From Betaproteobacteria bacterium (lineage in GTDB: Bacteria > Pseudomonadota > Gammaproteobacteria > Burkholderiales > SG8-41), in the NCBI GenBank assembly GCA_947474275.1, contig CANJHY010000001.1, positions 274-64,273 of the forward strand: DNA of 64,000 nucleotides, written 5' to 3'. The notes beneath the pieces are model-generated. The model saw only the letters and a program-made list of their open reading frames with translations, ran no database searches and was not told the DNA's origin. Position 1 is the stretch's first letter. Each line of letters starts with the position of its first letter. Shown here piece by piece: positions 1-9,916 of the stretch. Both the position numbers and the translations under genes were made by a program.

Positions 1-2
1 CC

Positions 3-1112
3 GACAGCCTTTACTTCACGATGTTGAACTGCAACAAGCGCTCGATCACCGTGAACATGAAAAGCGCCGAAGGCAAGCAGGTGTTCGTCGATCTGCTGAA
101 GAAATGCGACATCATCATGGAAAACTTCGGTCCCGGCGTGCTCGACCGCTTCGGTTTCACGTGGGAAAAGATCCACGAGATCAACCCGAAGATCGTGATG
201 GGATCGATCAAGGGTTTCGGCTCCACCGGCCCGTATTCCGATTTCAAGGCTTACGAAAACGTGGCGCAGGCGATGGGCGGCGCGATGAGCACCACCGGCG
301 TTCCGGATGGCCCGCCGTTTGTCACCGGCGCGCAAATCGGGGACTCGGGCACCGGCCTGCATCTCGCGATCGGCCTGCTCGCGGCGTTGCGGCAGGCGGA
401 AAAAACGGGACAGGGGCAGTACGTCGAAGTGGCAATGATGGACGGTGTGATGAACCTGTGCCGCGTCAAGTTCCGCGACCACCAGCGGCTCAACCACGGC
501 GGGCTGTCAGAGTATTCGGTGCCGACTTATCAGAATATGGGCGACGTGCCGCGCGCCGGTAATGACTCTGGTGGCGGGCAGCTTGGCAACGCCATCCACT
601 GCAAGCCGCACGGCCCCAATGACTGGCTCTACGTCGTGGTGCAGGAAGCCGTCTGGGACGGCCTCGCGAAGCGTATCGGCCCGGACGTCGGCATGCCCGA
701 CATGGCGGCAAATCCGCAGCTTGCCACCATCAGCGAGCGGCGCAAGAACCAGCAGCTGATGTGGACGCTGATCAACAAGTTCGCTGAGAATTACACCAAG
801 CGCGAACTGATGGCGATCCTGAATCCACTGGATGTGCCCTGCGGCCCGATCATGAGCACCACCGACCTCGCCAATGACGAGCACGTGCGTGGCCGCGACA
901 TGTGGGTCGAACTCGACCATCCCCAGCGCGGCAAGTGGTTCAATGTCGGCATGCCGATCAAGTTGTCGGCGTCGCCCGCGGTGATCAAACGCTCACCGAC
1001 GCTCGGCGAGCACACCGACGAGATTCTCAAAGAGGTGCTCGGTCTGAGCGATGCCGAGATTGCAACCAAAAAACAGGCCGGCGCTTTTTCGATGCCGCCG
1101 AAAACGAAATAA
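3..1112 (+). CDS. frc: formyl-CoA:oxalate CoA-transferase (family III CoA-transferase), 5' end cut by window edge
   Basis: Frame is open from nt 3 (DSLYFTMLNCNKRSI...). Blocks KAYENVAQAMGGAMSTTG, GDSGTGLHLAIGLLAAL and NLCRVKFRDHQRL match Frc as I remember it. Stop is at 1110-1112. Confidence 0.85.
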   Translation, partial: DSLYFTMLNCNKRSITVNMKSAEGKQVFVDLLKKCDIIMENFGPGVLDRFGFTWEKIHEINPKIVMGSIKGFGSTGPYSDFKAYENVAQAMGGAMSTTGVPDGPPFVTGAQIGDSGTGLHLAIGLLAALRQAEKTGQGQYVEVAMMDGVMNLCRVKFRDHQRLNHGGLSEYSVPTYQNMGDVPRAGNDSGGGQLGNAIHCKPHGPNDWLYVVVQEAVWDGLAKRIGPDVGMPDMAANPQLATISERRKNQQLMWTLINKFAENYTKRELMAILNPLDVPCGPIMSTTDLANDEHVRGRDMWVELDHPQRGKWFNVGMPIKLSASPAVIKRSPTLGEHTDEILKEVLGLSDAEIATKKQAGAFSMPPKTK

Positions 1113-1122
1113 CGGAGGCACC

Positions 1123-2055
1123 ATGAAAATCGCGATCATCGGACAGCAGGACTTCGGAAAAGCAGTATTGGAGGCATTTCTCGCGCGCGGCGACACGGTT
1201 GCAGCCGTGTTTTGCGCGCCCGAGAAGGAAGGCGCGCGGCCCGACGTATTGCGCGTGGCGGCGCAGGAAAAAGGCATCACGGTCCACCAGTTCAAATCGC
1301 TGCGCGCACCCGAAGCGGCGCAGGCGATGAAAGAGGCCGACGTCGAAATCGGCATCATGGCCTTCGTGCTGCAATTTGCGCCGCAGGAATTCGTCAATAT
1401 TCCGCGCCACGGCACCATCCAGTACCACCCCTCGTTGCTGCCCAAGTTCCGCGGCCCCAGTTCGATCAACTGGCCGATCATTAAAGGCGAAACCGAGACA
1501 GGATTGACTATATTTCGTCCGTCGGACGGTCTCGACGAGGGCGCCGTCGTCCTGCAGAAAAAGACGCCGGTCAGCGCGGACGATACTCTGGGCACGGTGT
1601 ATTTCGACCGCTTGTTCCCGCAGGGCGTGAGCGCAATGGTGGAAGCGGCGGATCTGGTCGTCGCCGGCAAGCACCAGGAAATCGTGCAGGACGAGGCGCA
1701 GGCGAGTTACGAAGGCTGGTGCCGCGGTGCCGAGGCGAAAATAGACTGGGCCAAGCCCATCGACCACGTCTACAACCTGATACGCGGCTGCAATCCCGCG
1801 CCGGGCGCATGGACGACGCACAACGGCAAAAAGTTACATATATTTGACGCCCGCAAGCTGGTCTTCCGGCGCTTTGCGGACGTTGCCGGCAAGCTAGGCG
1901 AGATCACCGACGTGACGGCGCAAAGCTTCAAGGTCACCGCCCAAGGCGGCATGGTCGAGGTGCTCAAGGCGCGTTTCGAGGACGGCAAGAAGCTGGCGGG
2001 CGGCGAGGTTGCGCAGACGGGCGGGCTGCAGGCGGGAAGCATGCTTGGCAGCTGA
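1123..2055 (+). CDS. formyltransferase-family protein (Fmt / 10-formyl-THF dehydrogenase N-terminal domain-like)
   Basis: ATG 1123 follows GGAGG at 1114-1118. MKIAIIGQQDFG... and HGTIQYHPSLLPKFRGPSSINWPII are formyltransferase-type motifs. The 5' part of the 1051 ORF overlaps frc and is discounted. Confidence 0.7.
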   Translation: MKIAIIGQQDFGKAVLEAFLARGDTVAAVFCAPEKEGARPDVLRVAAQEKGITVHQFKSLRAPEAAQAMKEADVEIGIMAFVLQFAPQEFVNIPRHGTIQYHPSLLPKFRGPSSINWPIIKGETETGLTIFRPSDGLDEGAVVLQKKTPVSADDTLGTVYFDRLFPQGVSAMVEAADLVVAGKHQEIVQDEAQASYEGWCRGAEAKIDWAKPIDHVYNLIRGCNPAPGAWTTHNGKKLHIFDARKLVFRRFADVAGKLGEITDVTAQSFKVTAQGGMVEVLKARFEDGKKLAGGEVAQTGGLQAGSMLGS

Positions 2056-2081
2056 AGCCAGCTCAAATTTGTTGCGTGAAA

Positions 2082-2107
2082 AGGCCACCCAAGCGGTGGC
2101 CTTTTTG
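2082..2107 (+). terminator. rho-independent terminator after the formyltransferase gene
   Basis: aggccacc / ggtggcct stem with a 5-nt loop, followed by ttttg. Confidence 0.6.
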
Positions 2108-2373
2108 TTGGTACTTGCCCTGTCGAGGGCATTGTTGCAAGTGCTTACTAACGTTAGAACGGATGCCGGGCTTATCCCCGGCACAGGCATTGCTTGTGTA
2201 ACTACGCTTTGGGCAAGCAAAATGTGCTTTATCGCAAGGGTGGAATCAGGGGGGATATCGCGGGTTTTGGCACACTTATGAAAAAAATCATATACTTGTC
2301 AGCAAATACCGTAAACTGATTCAGTCTTCGTCGTTAACCCATTAGAATAAAAATATAAAAAATAGGAATTGGG

Positions 2374-3351
2374 ATGAAAAACTTGTCCTTTTGGAAGTCG
2401 GATTGGTTTCTCGGATTGGTGGTTACGCTGGTGCTGTTCATCGCATCCGGCGGCGACCTGATCCAGAGCCTGGAGCGCAAAGCGTACGACCTCGGGGTGA
2501 GGTCGGCGTCGCGCGCGCCTTCCGATCGCATTGCGGTCATCGCGATCGACGATCAGAGCATTGCGAACATCGGTCGCTGGCCGTGGCCGCGCGACGTGCA
2601 CGCCAAAATGACCGACATTCTGTCCAACGCCAACGCCAGCGCGAAGACGATAGGCTATACGGCATTTTTTTTCGAGCCCCAGGTTGATGCGGGGCTCGCG
2701 TACATCAACAAGTTGAACGAGGTGTATGGCGCGTCGAAGTTCAAGGGTTCCCACGATCCCGACGCCGAGAAGCTCGAGGCCCTGCTCGCGGAAGCGTCCG
2801 GCGCCCTCAATACCGACCAGCGGCTGGCCGAGAGTTTCAAGAAGGCGAACAACGTGCTGCTGCCGATGGTGTTCCAGCAGTTTCCCTTTGAGCCGCAGGG
2901 CAATCCCGACAAGCCGCTGCCGGACAATATCGCGGCGAACGGGATACTCATCAAGGACAAGAACGCCGATGTCCTGCCGCCGCCCGGCATCAATCCCGCA
3001 TACCCGATCCCTGAACTGACCGCCAGCGCAGTAGGCATAGGCCACCTGAACGCGCAGCAGGATGTTGATGGCGCAACGCGCACCGAGCCCCTGATCGTGC
3101 GCTATTACGACCGGTTTTTCCCGTCGCTGTCGATGATGCTGGTGGCGAAGTATCTGAACCTGCAGGTTACCGACATCCAGGCCAAGCCGGGCGAAGACGT
3201 GCGCATCGGCAAGCTGCGCGTAGGCACCGACCCCGAACTGCGGATGTATACGTTTTTTTACAGCGACTCCGGCGACAAGCGCGCGTTCCCGATCGATTCA
3301 TTCTTCGACGTCTACACCGGCAAGATTCCGGCGTCCAAGTACCAGGACTAG
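2374..3351 (+). CDS. CHASE2 sensor domain, N-terminal fragment of a CHASE2-Ser/Thr kinase ended by an in-frame TAG
   Basis: N-terminal TM segment, then IAVIAIDDQSIANIGRWPWPRDVHA (CHASE2 hallmark). It ends at TAG 3349-3351 in the same frame as the next ORF. Confidence 0.7.
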   Translation: MKNLSFWKSDWFLGLVVTLVLFIASGGDLIQSLERKAYDLGVRSASRAPSDRIAVIAIDDQSIANIGRWPWPRDVHAKMTDILSNANASAKTIGYTAFFFEPQVDAGLAYINKLNEVYGASKFKGSHDPDAEKLEALLAEASGALNTDQRLAESFKKANNVLLPMVFQQFPFEPQGNPDKPLPDNIAANGILIKDKNADVLPPPGINPAYPIPELTASAVGIGHLNAQQDVDGATRTEPLIVRYYDRFFPSLSMMLVAKYLNLQVTDIQAKPGEDVRIGKLRVGTDPELRMYTFFYSDSGDKRAFPIDSFFDVYTGKIPASKYQD

Positions 3352-3357
3352 ATTGTA

Positions 3358-4941
3358 TTGATCGGCGCCACCGCCACCGGGCTCGGCATTTCTCAGGTGA
3401 CGCCGGTCGCGCCGCGCATGGCGCCGGTGGAGACCCTCGCGCATTCGGTGTCGAGCATCATGAAGGAAGATTTTTTCATCGCACCGACGTGGGGCATATG
3501 GGTTGAGAAGCTGGTGTTCCTGCTGGTGGCGGCCTACCTGATCGCGCTGCTGCCGCGGTTGAAGGCGGGGATGGGGGCGATTTGCACGGCATCGTTGTTC
3601 GTCATCCTGCTGGTTGCGCATTTCGTGCTGATGGGAACGCAACTGATGTGGATCCAGCTGATGGCGGCGGTGACGCTGCTCCTGATAGGCCATCTCGCGC
3701 TGACCACCAAACGTTTTCTTGTTACCGAAAGCAGCAAGGCGCGCTCGGATGTTGATCTTGCCCAAAGCCACCGCATGCTGGGTCTCGGCTACCAGGGGCA
3801 GGGTCAGCTCGATATGGCGTTCGACTATTTCCGCAAGCTGCCGGCTGACGATTCCGTGCTCGATCTGATATACAACCTTGCACTTGACTACGAGCGCAAG
3901 CGCCAGTTCAACAAGGCGGAAAACGCGTTCAAATATATCGCCGAGAAAAACCCGAAGTTCAAGGACATCGCGGAGCGCGTTGGGCGCGCCAAAGCGATGT
4001 CCGAGACGGTCATACTCGGCGGCGCCGGCGGACATCCTGGCGGCACCGTGATCCTGCCGGGCGGCGGCGTCGAGAAGCCGATGCTGGGCCGCTACCAGGT
4101 CGAGAAAGAACTCGGCAAGGGCGCGATGGGCGTGGTTTATCTCGGCAAGGACCCGAAAATCGGGCGCGTGGTGGCGATCAAGACCATGGCGTTGTCGCAG
4201 GAGTTTGATGCCGACGAACTGCAGGACGTAAAAGACCGTTTCTTCCGCGAAGCGGAGACTGCCGGCCGCCTCAATCACCCGCATATCGTGACGATATTCG
4301 ATGCCGGTGAAGAGCACGATCTCGCCTACATCGCCATGGAATTCCTGAAGGGCAAGGATCTTACGCCGTTCATCAAGCCGGACGTTCTGCTGCCGTTGCC
4401 GAAGGTCATGAGCATCATCGCACGGGTCGCCGAGGCGTTGTCGTACGCCCACACCAACAACGTCGTGCACCGCGACATCAAGCCCGCGAACATCATGTAC
4501 GAGCTCGAGAGCGATACTGTCAAAGTCACCGACTTCGGCATCGCGCGCATCACGGATTCATCCAAGACCAAGACCGGCATGGCCCTCGGCACGCCGAGCT
4601 ACATGTCGCCCGAGCAGCTGTCGGGCAAGAAAATCCAGGGCAGTTCGGATTTGTTCTCACTCGGCGTGACTCTCTACCAGATGACCTGCGGCTATCTGCC
4701 GTTTCAGGGCGATTCGATGGCGCAACTGATGTTCAAAATCGCCAACGAACCGCACGTCGATATTCTGACGCGCAACCCGGCGCTGCTGCCGTGTCTGGTT
4801 GAAATCATCAACAAGGCACTCGCCAAGCAGCCCGAAGACCGCTACCAGACTGGCGATGAATTCGCGCAGGTGATCAGGGCGTGCATGGCGGAAGGCGGCG
4901 ACGCGGCGGTGAAATCCGACGTCGTCGACATCGGAATCTAA
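3358..4941 (+). CDS. remainder of CHASE2 domain + TM helices + TPR-like linker + Ser/Thr protein kinase domain
   Basis: Starts with IGATATGLG..TPV (mid-CHASE2) and hydrophobic helices. Kinase motifs are GKGAMGVVY, VAIK, HRDIKPAN, DFG and GTPSYMSPEQ. The start is only nominal (TTG 3358; the next ATG is at 3418). Confidence 0.75.
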   Translation: MIGATATGLGISQVTPVAPRMAPVETLAHSVSSIMKEDFFIAPTWGIWVEKLVFLLVAAYLIALLPRLKAGMGAICTASLFVILLVAHFVLMGTQLMWIQLMAAVTLLLIGHLALTTKRFLVTESSKARSDVDLAQSHRMLGLGYQGQGQLDMAFDYFRKLPADDSVLDLIYNLALDYERKRQFNKAENAFKYIAEKNPKFKDIAERVGRAKAMSETVILGGAGGHPGGTVILPGGGVEKPMLGRYQVEKELGKGAMGVVYLGKDPKIGRVVAIKTMALSQEFDADELQDVKDRFFREAETAGRLNHPHIVTIFDAGEEHDLAYIAMEFLKGKDLTPFIKPDVLLPLPKVMSIIARVAEALSYAHTNNVVHRDIKPANIMYELESDTVKVTDFGIARITDSSKTKTGMALGTPSYMSPEQLSGKKIQGSSDLFSLGVTLYQMTCGYLPFQGDSMAQLMFKIANEPHVDILTRNPALLPCLVEIINKALAKQPEDRYQTGDEFAQVIRACMAEGGDAAVKSDVVDIGI

Positions 4942-4946
4942 CGATC

Positions 4947-5774
4947 ATGATAGTCAATCTCGGCACCGCACTCGAAGTCGTCACCGCCACCGATCCGGGC
5001 ATGGTGCGCTCGCATAACGAAGACAGCATCGGCACCGACGCTGAAATCGGCCTCGCGGTGCTGGCTGACGGCATGGGCGGCTACAACGCCGGCGAGGTCG
5101 CCAGCGGCATCGCGGTCGCCATGCTCAGCACGGAAATGAAGCAGGCGCTCGAAAACCACGAGCCGCACGCGATCGATAGCACGGGCGAAACGCTCGCCGA
5201 GAAATTCGTGCGCGAGAATTCAGCCAAGGCAAACGCCGCGATTTACCAGACCGCCAAGAGCCAGCCGCAATATGCGGGCATGGGCACCACCCTCGTAGTG
5301 GCACTGTTCTTCGACAATCGCATGACGGTCGGCCATATCGGCGACTCGCGCCTCTACCGGCTGCGCGGCGACGCTTTCGAACAGGTGACGCGCGATCATT
5401 CGCTGTTGCAGGAACAAATCGACAGCGGCATGATTACGAAGGAACAGGCGCGCTACTCGCAGAACAAGAATCTGGTCACGCGCGCGGTCGGTATCGACCC
5501 GGAGGTCGAGACCGAAGTCCACACTTACAGCGTCGAGCCCGGCGATATCTACCTGCTGTGCTCGGACGGTTTGAGCGACATGGTCCAGGATGAGGACATC
5601 CATTCGACCTTGAGTATGCTGCAATCGAATTTGCCGCTGGCGGCGACGCAGCTGGTGCAACTCGCCAATGACAGCGGCGGGCGCGACAATATATCGGTAA
5701 TCCTGGTGCGGGTGATTGAGGATTTTGGAGTGCCCACGGGATGGTTAGCCAAATTCAAGGCGTGGTTTAGATAA
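4947..5774 (+). CDS. PP2C-family Ser/Thr protein phosphatase
   Basis: ATG 4947 lies 6 nt after the kinase stop. RSHNEDS, LADGMGG, GDSRLY, LLCSDGL and GGRDNISV are typical PPM motifs. Confidence 0.9.
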   Translation: MIVNLGTALEVVTATDPGMVRSHNEDSIGTDAEIGLAVLADGMGGYNAGEVASGIAVAMLSTEMKQALENHEPHAIDSTGETLAEKFVRENSAKANAAIYQTAKSQPQYAGMGTTLVVALFFDNRMTVGHIGDSRLYRLRGDAFEQVTRDHSLLQEQIDSGMITKEQARYSQNKNLVTRAVGIDPEVETEVHTYSVEPGDIYLLCSDGLSDMVQDEDIHSTLSMLQSNLPLAATQLVQLANDSGGRDNISVILVRVIEDFGVPTGWLAKFKAWFR

Positions 5775-5795
5775 TAAGGTTACAGGGATACTGCC

Positions 5796-6557
5796 ATGGC
5801 GAAGTTGATCATGAGTTTGGATAACGCGGTGATTCGGGAAGTTCCGCTCGATAAGGAGCGCTTCACTATCGGCCGCAAAGCGCACAACGACATCCAGATC
5901 GACAATCTGGCCGTCAGCGGCGAGCACGCATTGATAGTGACCATCCTTAACGATTCGTTTCTCGAGGACCTGGGCAGCACCAATGGCACCCTGGTCAACG
6001 GCAACCCGGTCAAGAAACACATTCTGCAGACCAACGATGTGATCGAAATCGGCAAGTACAAGCTGAAGTTTGTCAGCGAAGCGCCGACTGGCGCGGCGTC
6101 GGTCGCCGATTTCGAGAAAACCATGGTGCTCCGCGCGCCGATAGGCAAAATGAATCCGCCGGGTCCGGGCGGCGGCAGTTTTGGTGATACCCAGATCAGC
6201 CCTACGGCAACGCAAATGACCACTCAAAGCCAGCCTTCGCCGGCAAACACGGCAGCTGCTGTCGCTGCTGCCGCTGTCAAGGCGCCGGAAAAACTCGCGG
6301 CCATCCAGATTTTGACCGGCCCGTCGGCGGGTAAGGAACTCGAGCTGACCAAGAACCTGACGACGCTGGGCAAGCCGGGCGTGCAGGTGGCGGTGATTAC
6401 GCGCCGTCCGCATGGTTACTTCATTACGCACGTCGAGGGCGCCAATTTCCCGGTCATTAACGGCAAGGTGCTTGATGCGCAGGCGCACCAGCTCAACGAC
6501 CACGACGTGGTAGAGTTGGCGGGGGTAAAAATGGAGTTCTTTTTCAAGAACGGCTAG
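5796..6557 (+). CDS. protein with two FHA domains separated by a low-complexity Ala/Thr/Pro linker
   Basis: N-terminal FTIGR...SGEHA...GSTNGTLVNG and a C-terminal second FHA-like module (LTTLGKPG...INGKVL). Confidence 0.8.
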   Translation: MAKLIMSLDNAVIREVPLDKERFTIGRKAHNDIQIDNLAVSGEHALIVTILNDSFLEDLGSTNGTLVNGNPVKKHILQTNDVIEIGKYKLKFVSEAPTGAASVADFEKTMVLRAPIGKMNPPGPGGGSFGDTQISPTATQMTTQSQPSPANTAAAVAAAAVKAPEKLAAIQILTGPSAGKELELTKNLTTLGKPGVQVAVITRRPHGYFITHVEGANFPVINGKVLDAQAHQLNDHDVVELAGVKMEFFFKNG

Positions 6558-6792
6558 ATTGCGGCGCCTGTTCGGGCGCAGCCAGCGGGCCGTTTCTCCA
6601 CCCACGACATTTCAGCGCCCGACCCATGAGCCGATCGCTGGCGTCATGCGGCAACCTCGCCGCTGGGGCGCCACGACAAATACACGCAGCGCGCGGGGCG
6701 TCTGCCGCCAGCGCAAAGGACACAAGTTTTACTGCATTGGGGAGCGGTAGCGGCGCACACTTCCCCATACCGACGGCCGCATAGGAGGCGGG

Positions 6793-9069
6793 TTGAAAAA
6801 AAATATCGTTCGCATTGGTCTGGGCCTCGCCCTGCTGCTGGCATTTCTGGGCCACGCCGCAAAATGGGGATTCGGCAGCTGGACTTTCGAGCTGCCGCTG
6901 GTAAATCGGCTCGAGGCAATTGTTTATGACACGCGGCTGGCGCTGACCATGCCGCGCACCGTCGATCCGCGCATCGTCATTCTCGACATCGACGACAAAA
7001 GCCTGGCCGAGAGGGACAAAGGCGGCGAGGGACGCTGGCCGTGGCCGCGCGATCGCATGGCGCTGCTGCTCGACAAATTGTTCGACCACTACCAAATCGC
7101 CATTGTCGGTATTGACGTCGTCTTCGCGGAGCGTGACGAGAGTTCGGGCCTCAAAGTGCTGCAGCAACTGGCCCAAAAGGAAATGAAGGACGTCGCGGGC
7201 TTTCAGTCGGCGCTCAAGCAGCTCCAGCCACAGCTCGATTACGACGAAATCTTTGCAAATCACATGCGGAACCGCGCCATTGTGCTCGGTTACACCTTCA
7301 ACTACGGGTCGGCGGAAAGTGGCGGCGCGCCCGCTACAACCATAGGCCAATTACCGCAGCCGGTGCTGCCTTCAGGCACCTTCACCGGGAAAAATATCGG
7401 TTTTTACAAATTCGAGGGCCACACGGCAAACCTGCCTGAATTTCAAAAGGCCGCAGCCAGCGCGGGCCACTTCAGTATGGAACCCGATGCGGACGGAATT
7501 CTGCGGCGAGTGCCCATGTTGGCGGAGTACAAAGGGGCCTATTACGAGTCGCTTTCGCTTGCCATGGTGCGCATGCTGATCGGCATGCCGAATGTCGTCC
7601 CCGGATATCCCAGTGACAATGCGCTTATCCTCAGCAAGAAATACTCCGGGCTGGAGTGGCTGGAAGTCGGCAATATCAAGGTGCCAGTGGACGAAGCGGT
7701 AACGGCATTGATTCCCTACCGCGGCAAGCAGAAAAGCTTCCAATACGTGTCGGCCGTGGACGTCCTGAACGAGCGCGTCGCGTTGGACGACCTGAAGAGC
7801 AAGATCGTGCTGGTTGGGACGACGGCGTCGGGCTTGCTGGACTTGCGTGCGACGCCGGTGGAAGCGGTATATCCGGGGGTCGAGGTCCACGCCAATTTGA
7901 TCTCGGGCATGATCGACCGCAACATCAAGCAAAAGCCGCCCTATGTTATCGGCGCCGAGTTTTTGTCGCTGCTGGTCGCCGGCCTGGCGATGGCGCTGCT
8001 GCTGCCGCTGCTGAATCCATTGAAATCGCTGCTCGTGACGCTGGCGGTGTTGATGACCGTGTTGTTCACGAATCTGCTGGTGTTTCACGTCGGCAACCTG
8101 GTGCTGCCGCTGGCATCGGGGCTGATGCTGATTTCTCTGCTGTTTGCGCTCAACATGACTTACGGCTACTTCGTCGAAACGCGCGGCAAACGGCAGATCA
8201 CGGGGCTCTTTGGCCAGTACGTGCCGCCGGAACTGGTCGATGAAATGGCGCGCAATCCCGAGAGCTTCTCGATGGAAGGCGAATCGCGCGAGATGACCGT
8301 TCTCTTCACCGACGTGCGCGGTTTCACCACCATCTCCGAAGGGCTGGACCCGAAACAGCTGTCACAGCTGATGAACGAGTTTCTGACGCCGCTGACGGAA
8401 GTCATTTACAAGCACCGCGGCACCGTTGATAAATTCATGGGTGACTGCATCATGGCGTTCTGGGGCGCGCCGTTCGCCGATCCGGCGCATGCCAGGAACG
8501 GCATCCTGGCCGGTCTCGAGATGCACCAGATACTGAAGAAACTGAAGCCTGAATTCCAGGCGCGCGGCTGGCCTGAAATCCGCATCGGCGTCGGCCTCAA
8601 CACCGGCCGCATGAGCGTCGGCAACATGGGATCGAAGCTGCGGACAGCCTATACTGTGATGGGGGACGCGGTAAATCTCGCGTCCCGGCTCGAAGGCATC
8701 ACAAAGGAGTATGGCGCTGATATCATAGTCGGCGAAGGGACCAAGGACGCGGTGCCGGATGTCGTCTTTCGCGAGCTCGATCGCGTGCGCGTGAAGGGCA
8801 AGGACGAAGCGGTGACGATCTTTGAGCCGTTCGGCATGCAGGGTCAGGTCGACAAGGCGAAGCTCGAGGAAATCAAGCTTTACACCCAGTTTTTGCGGCT
8901 GTATCGGGCGCAGGACTGGGACCAGGCGGAGTTGCAGCTGTTTAATTTGCAGAAACAGATTCCCGGTAATCCGCTCTACAGCCACACCTTCGTGGAGCGG
9001 ATCACCTATTTGCGCGCGAACCCGCCGGGCAAGGGCTGGGACGGCGCGTTCACATTTACGACCAAATGA
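6793..9069 (+). CDS. CHASE2-domain class III adenylate/guanylate cyclase (Lys/Thr specificity pair suggests adenylate cyclase)
   Basis: TTG 6793 with AGGAGG at 6783-6788. CHASE2 motifs (ILDIDDKSL...GRWPWPRD, KIVLVGTTASGL), TM helices, then MTVLFTDVRGFT, DKFMGDCIMAFWG and YTVMGDAVNLASRLE. Confidence 0.9.
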   Translation: MKKNIVRIGLGLALLLAFLGHAAKWGFGSWTFELPLVNRLEAIVYDTRLALTMPRTVDPRIVILDIDDKSLAERDKGGEGRWPWPRDRMALLLDKLFDHYQIAIVGIDVVFAERDESSGLKVLQQLAQKEMKDVAGFQSALKQLQPQLDYDEIFANHMRNRAIVLGYTFNYGSAESGGAPATTIGQLPQPVLPSGTFTGKNIGFYKFEGHTANLPEFQKAAASAGHFSMEPDADGILRRVPMLAEYKGAYYESLSLAMVRMLIGMPNVVPGYPSDNALILSKKYSGLEWLEVGNIKVPVDEAVTALIPYRGKQKSFQYVSAVDVLNERVALDDLKSKIVLVGTTASGLLDLRATPVEAVYPGVEVHANLISGMIDRNIKQKPPYVIGAEFLSLLVAGLAMALLLPLLNPLKSLLVTLAVLMTVLFTNLLVFHVGNLVLPLASGLMLISLLFALNMTYGYFVETRGKRQITGLFGQYVPPELVDEMARNPESFSMEGESREMTVLFTDVRGFTTISEGLDPKQLSQLMNEFLTPLTEVIYKHRGTVDKFMGDCIMAFWGAPFADPAHARNGILAGLEMHQILKKLKPEFQARGWPEIRIGVGLNTGRMSVGNMGSKLRTAYTVMGDAVNLASRLEGITKEYGADIIVGEGTKDAVPDVVFRELDRVRVKGKDEAVTIFEPFGMQGQVDKAKLEEIKLYTQFLRLYRAQDWDQAELQLFNLQKQIPGNPLYSHTFVERITYLRANPPGKGWDGAFTFTTK

Positions 9070-9079
9070 CACGGCATCG

Positions 9080-9844
9080 ATGAAACTCCGGATACTCGGC
9101 TGCAGTGGCGGCATTGGCGGTGACTTGCGCACTACGTCGATGCTGCTCGATCACGATATCCTGATCGACGCCGGCACCGGCGTCGGCGACCTGAGCATCG
9201 ACGAATTGGCGCGCATCGACCATGTATTCCTGACCCATTCGCATCTCGATCACGTGACGTCGATCCCGTTCATGGTCGATTCGGTGGGCTGGATGCGCGA
9301 CAAGCCGATCACCGTGCACGCCATAGAGCCGACGCTGGAAGTCCTGCGCCAGCATCTTTTCAACTGGAAGTTGTGGCCGGATTTCAGCCAGATCCCGGAT
9401 GCGCAGAAGCCGTTTTTGCGTTACGAGGCCGTGGCCCTGGGCAAGACGGTCGATGTCGGCGGCCGCAAACTGACGCCGCTGCCCGCGAATCACGTGGTGC
9501 CGGCGATCGGCTACCAGCTCGATTCCGGCCGCGCGAGCCTCGCTTTCACCGGGGATACGACGACCAATGATGCGTTCTGGACGGAAGTCAACAAGATCGA
9601 CAACCTGCGGTATTTGATTATTGAAACGGCGTTTTGCAACCGTGAGCGTGACCTCGCGATCGCCTCCAAGCATCTGTGTCCGAGCATGCTGGCCGAGGAA
9701 CTGGCGAAACTCAAGCGCAAGGCCGATGTCTATATTACGCACCTGAAGCCGGGCGAAGTCGAAGTCACCATGCAGGAAATCCTGGAATGCGCCGGCGCCT
9801 ACAGCCCGCGCATGCTGGAGAACAACCAGGTGTTCGAATTATGA
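9080..9844 (+). CDS. class II 3',5'-cyclic-nucleotide phosphodiesterase (MBL fold, CpdP-like)
   Basis: MKLRILGCSGG start 11 nt after the cyclase stop. THSHLDHV matches the class II PDE HxHLDH signature. Confidence 0.8.
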   Translation: MKLRILGCSGGIGGDLRTTSMLLDHDILIDAGTGVGDLSIDELARIDHVFLTHSHLDHVTSIPFMVDSVGWMRDKPITVHAIEPTLEVLRQHLFNWKLWPDFSQIPDAQKPFLRYEAVALGKTVDVGGRKLTPLPANHVVPAIGYQLDSGRASLAFTGDTTTNDAFWTEVNKIDNLRYLIIETAFCNRERDLAIASKHLCPSMLAEELAKLKRKADVYITHLKPGEVEVTMQEILECAGAYSPRMLENNQVFEL

Positions 9845-9916
9845 GCACAGGGCGCAAATTCCGCGTCCTGAATTCGGATTTTGGTATGTGTGCCAAATGT
9901 GAGAGGTCAAGCCGCC

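Noticed and set aside
3349-3351. TAG as pyrrolysine or programmed read-through.
   Set aside because: No pyl genes or read-through context are visible. The lineage inferred from gene content is not known to use Pyl. A simple AAG to TAG nonsense change or a sequencing error explains it.
3298-4470. 390-aa minus-strand ORF antisense to the kinase gene. Similar long antisense or off-frame ORFs include 22248-23792(-), 24559-26001(-), 33582-35276(+), 48780-50939(+), 51623-52960(+) and 62893-63996(-).
   Set aside because: Their translations are Arg/His/Gln/Ala-rich low-complexity strings with no recognisable motifs. Each one shadows a strongly supported gene on the other strand or frame. This is the expected artefact of high-GC codon bias.
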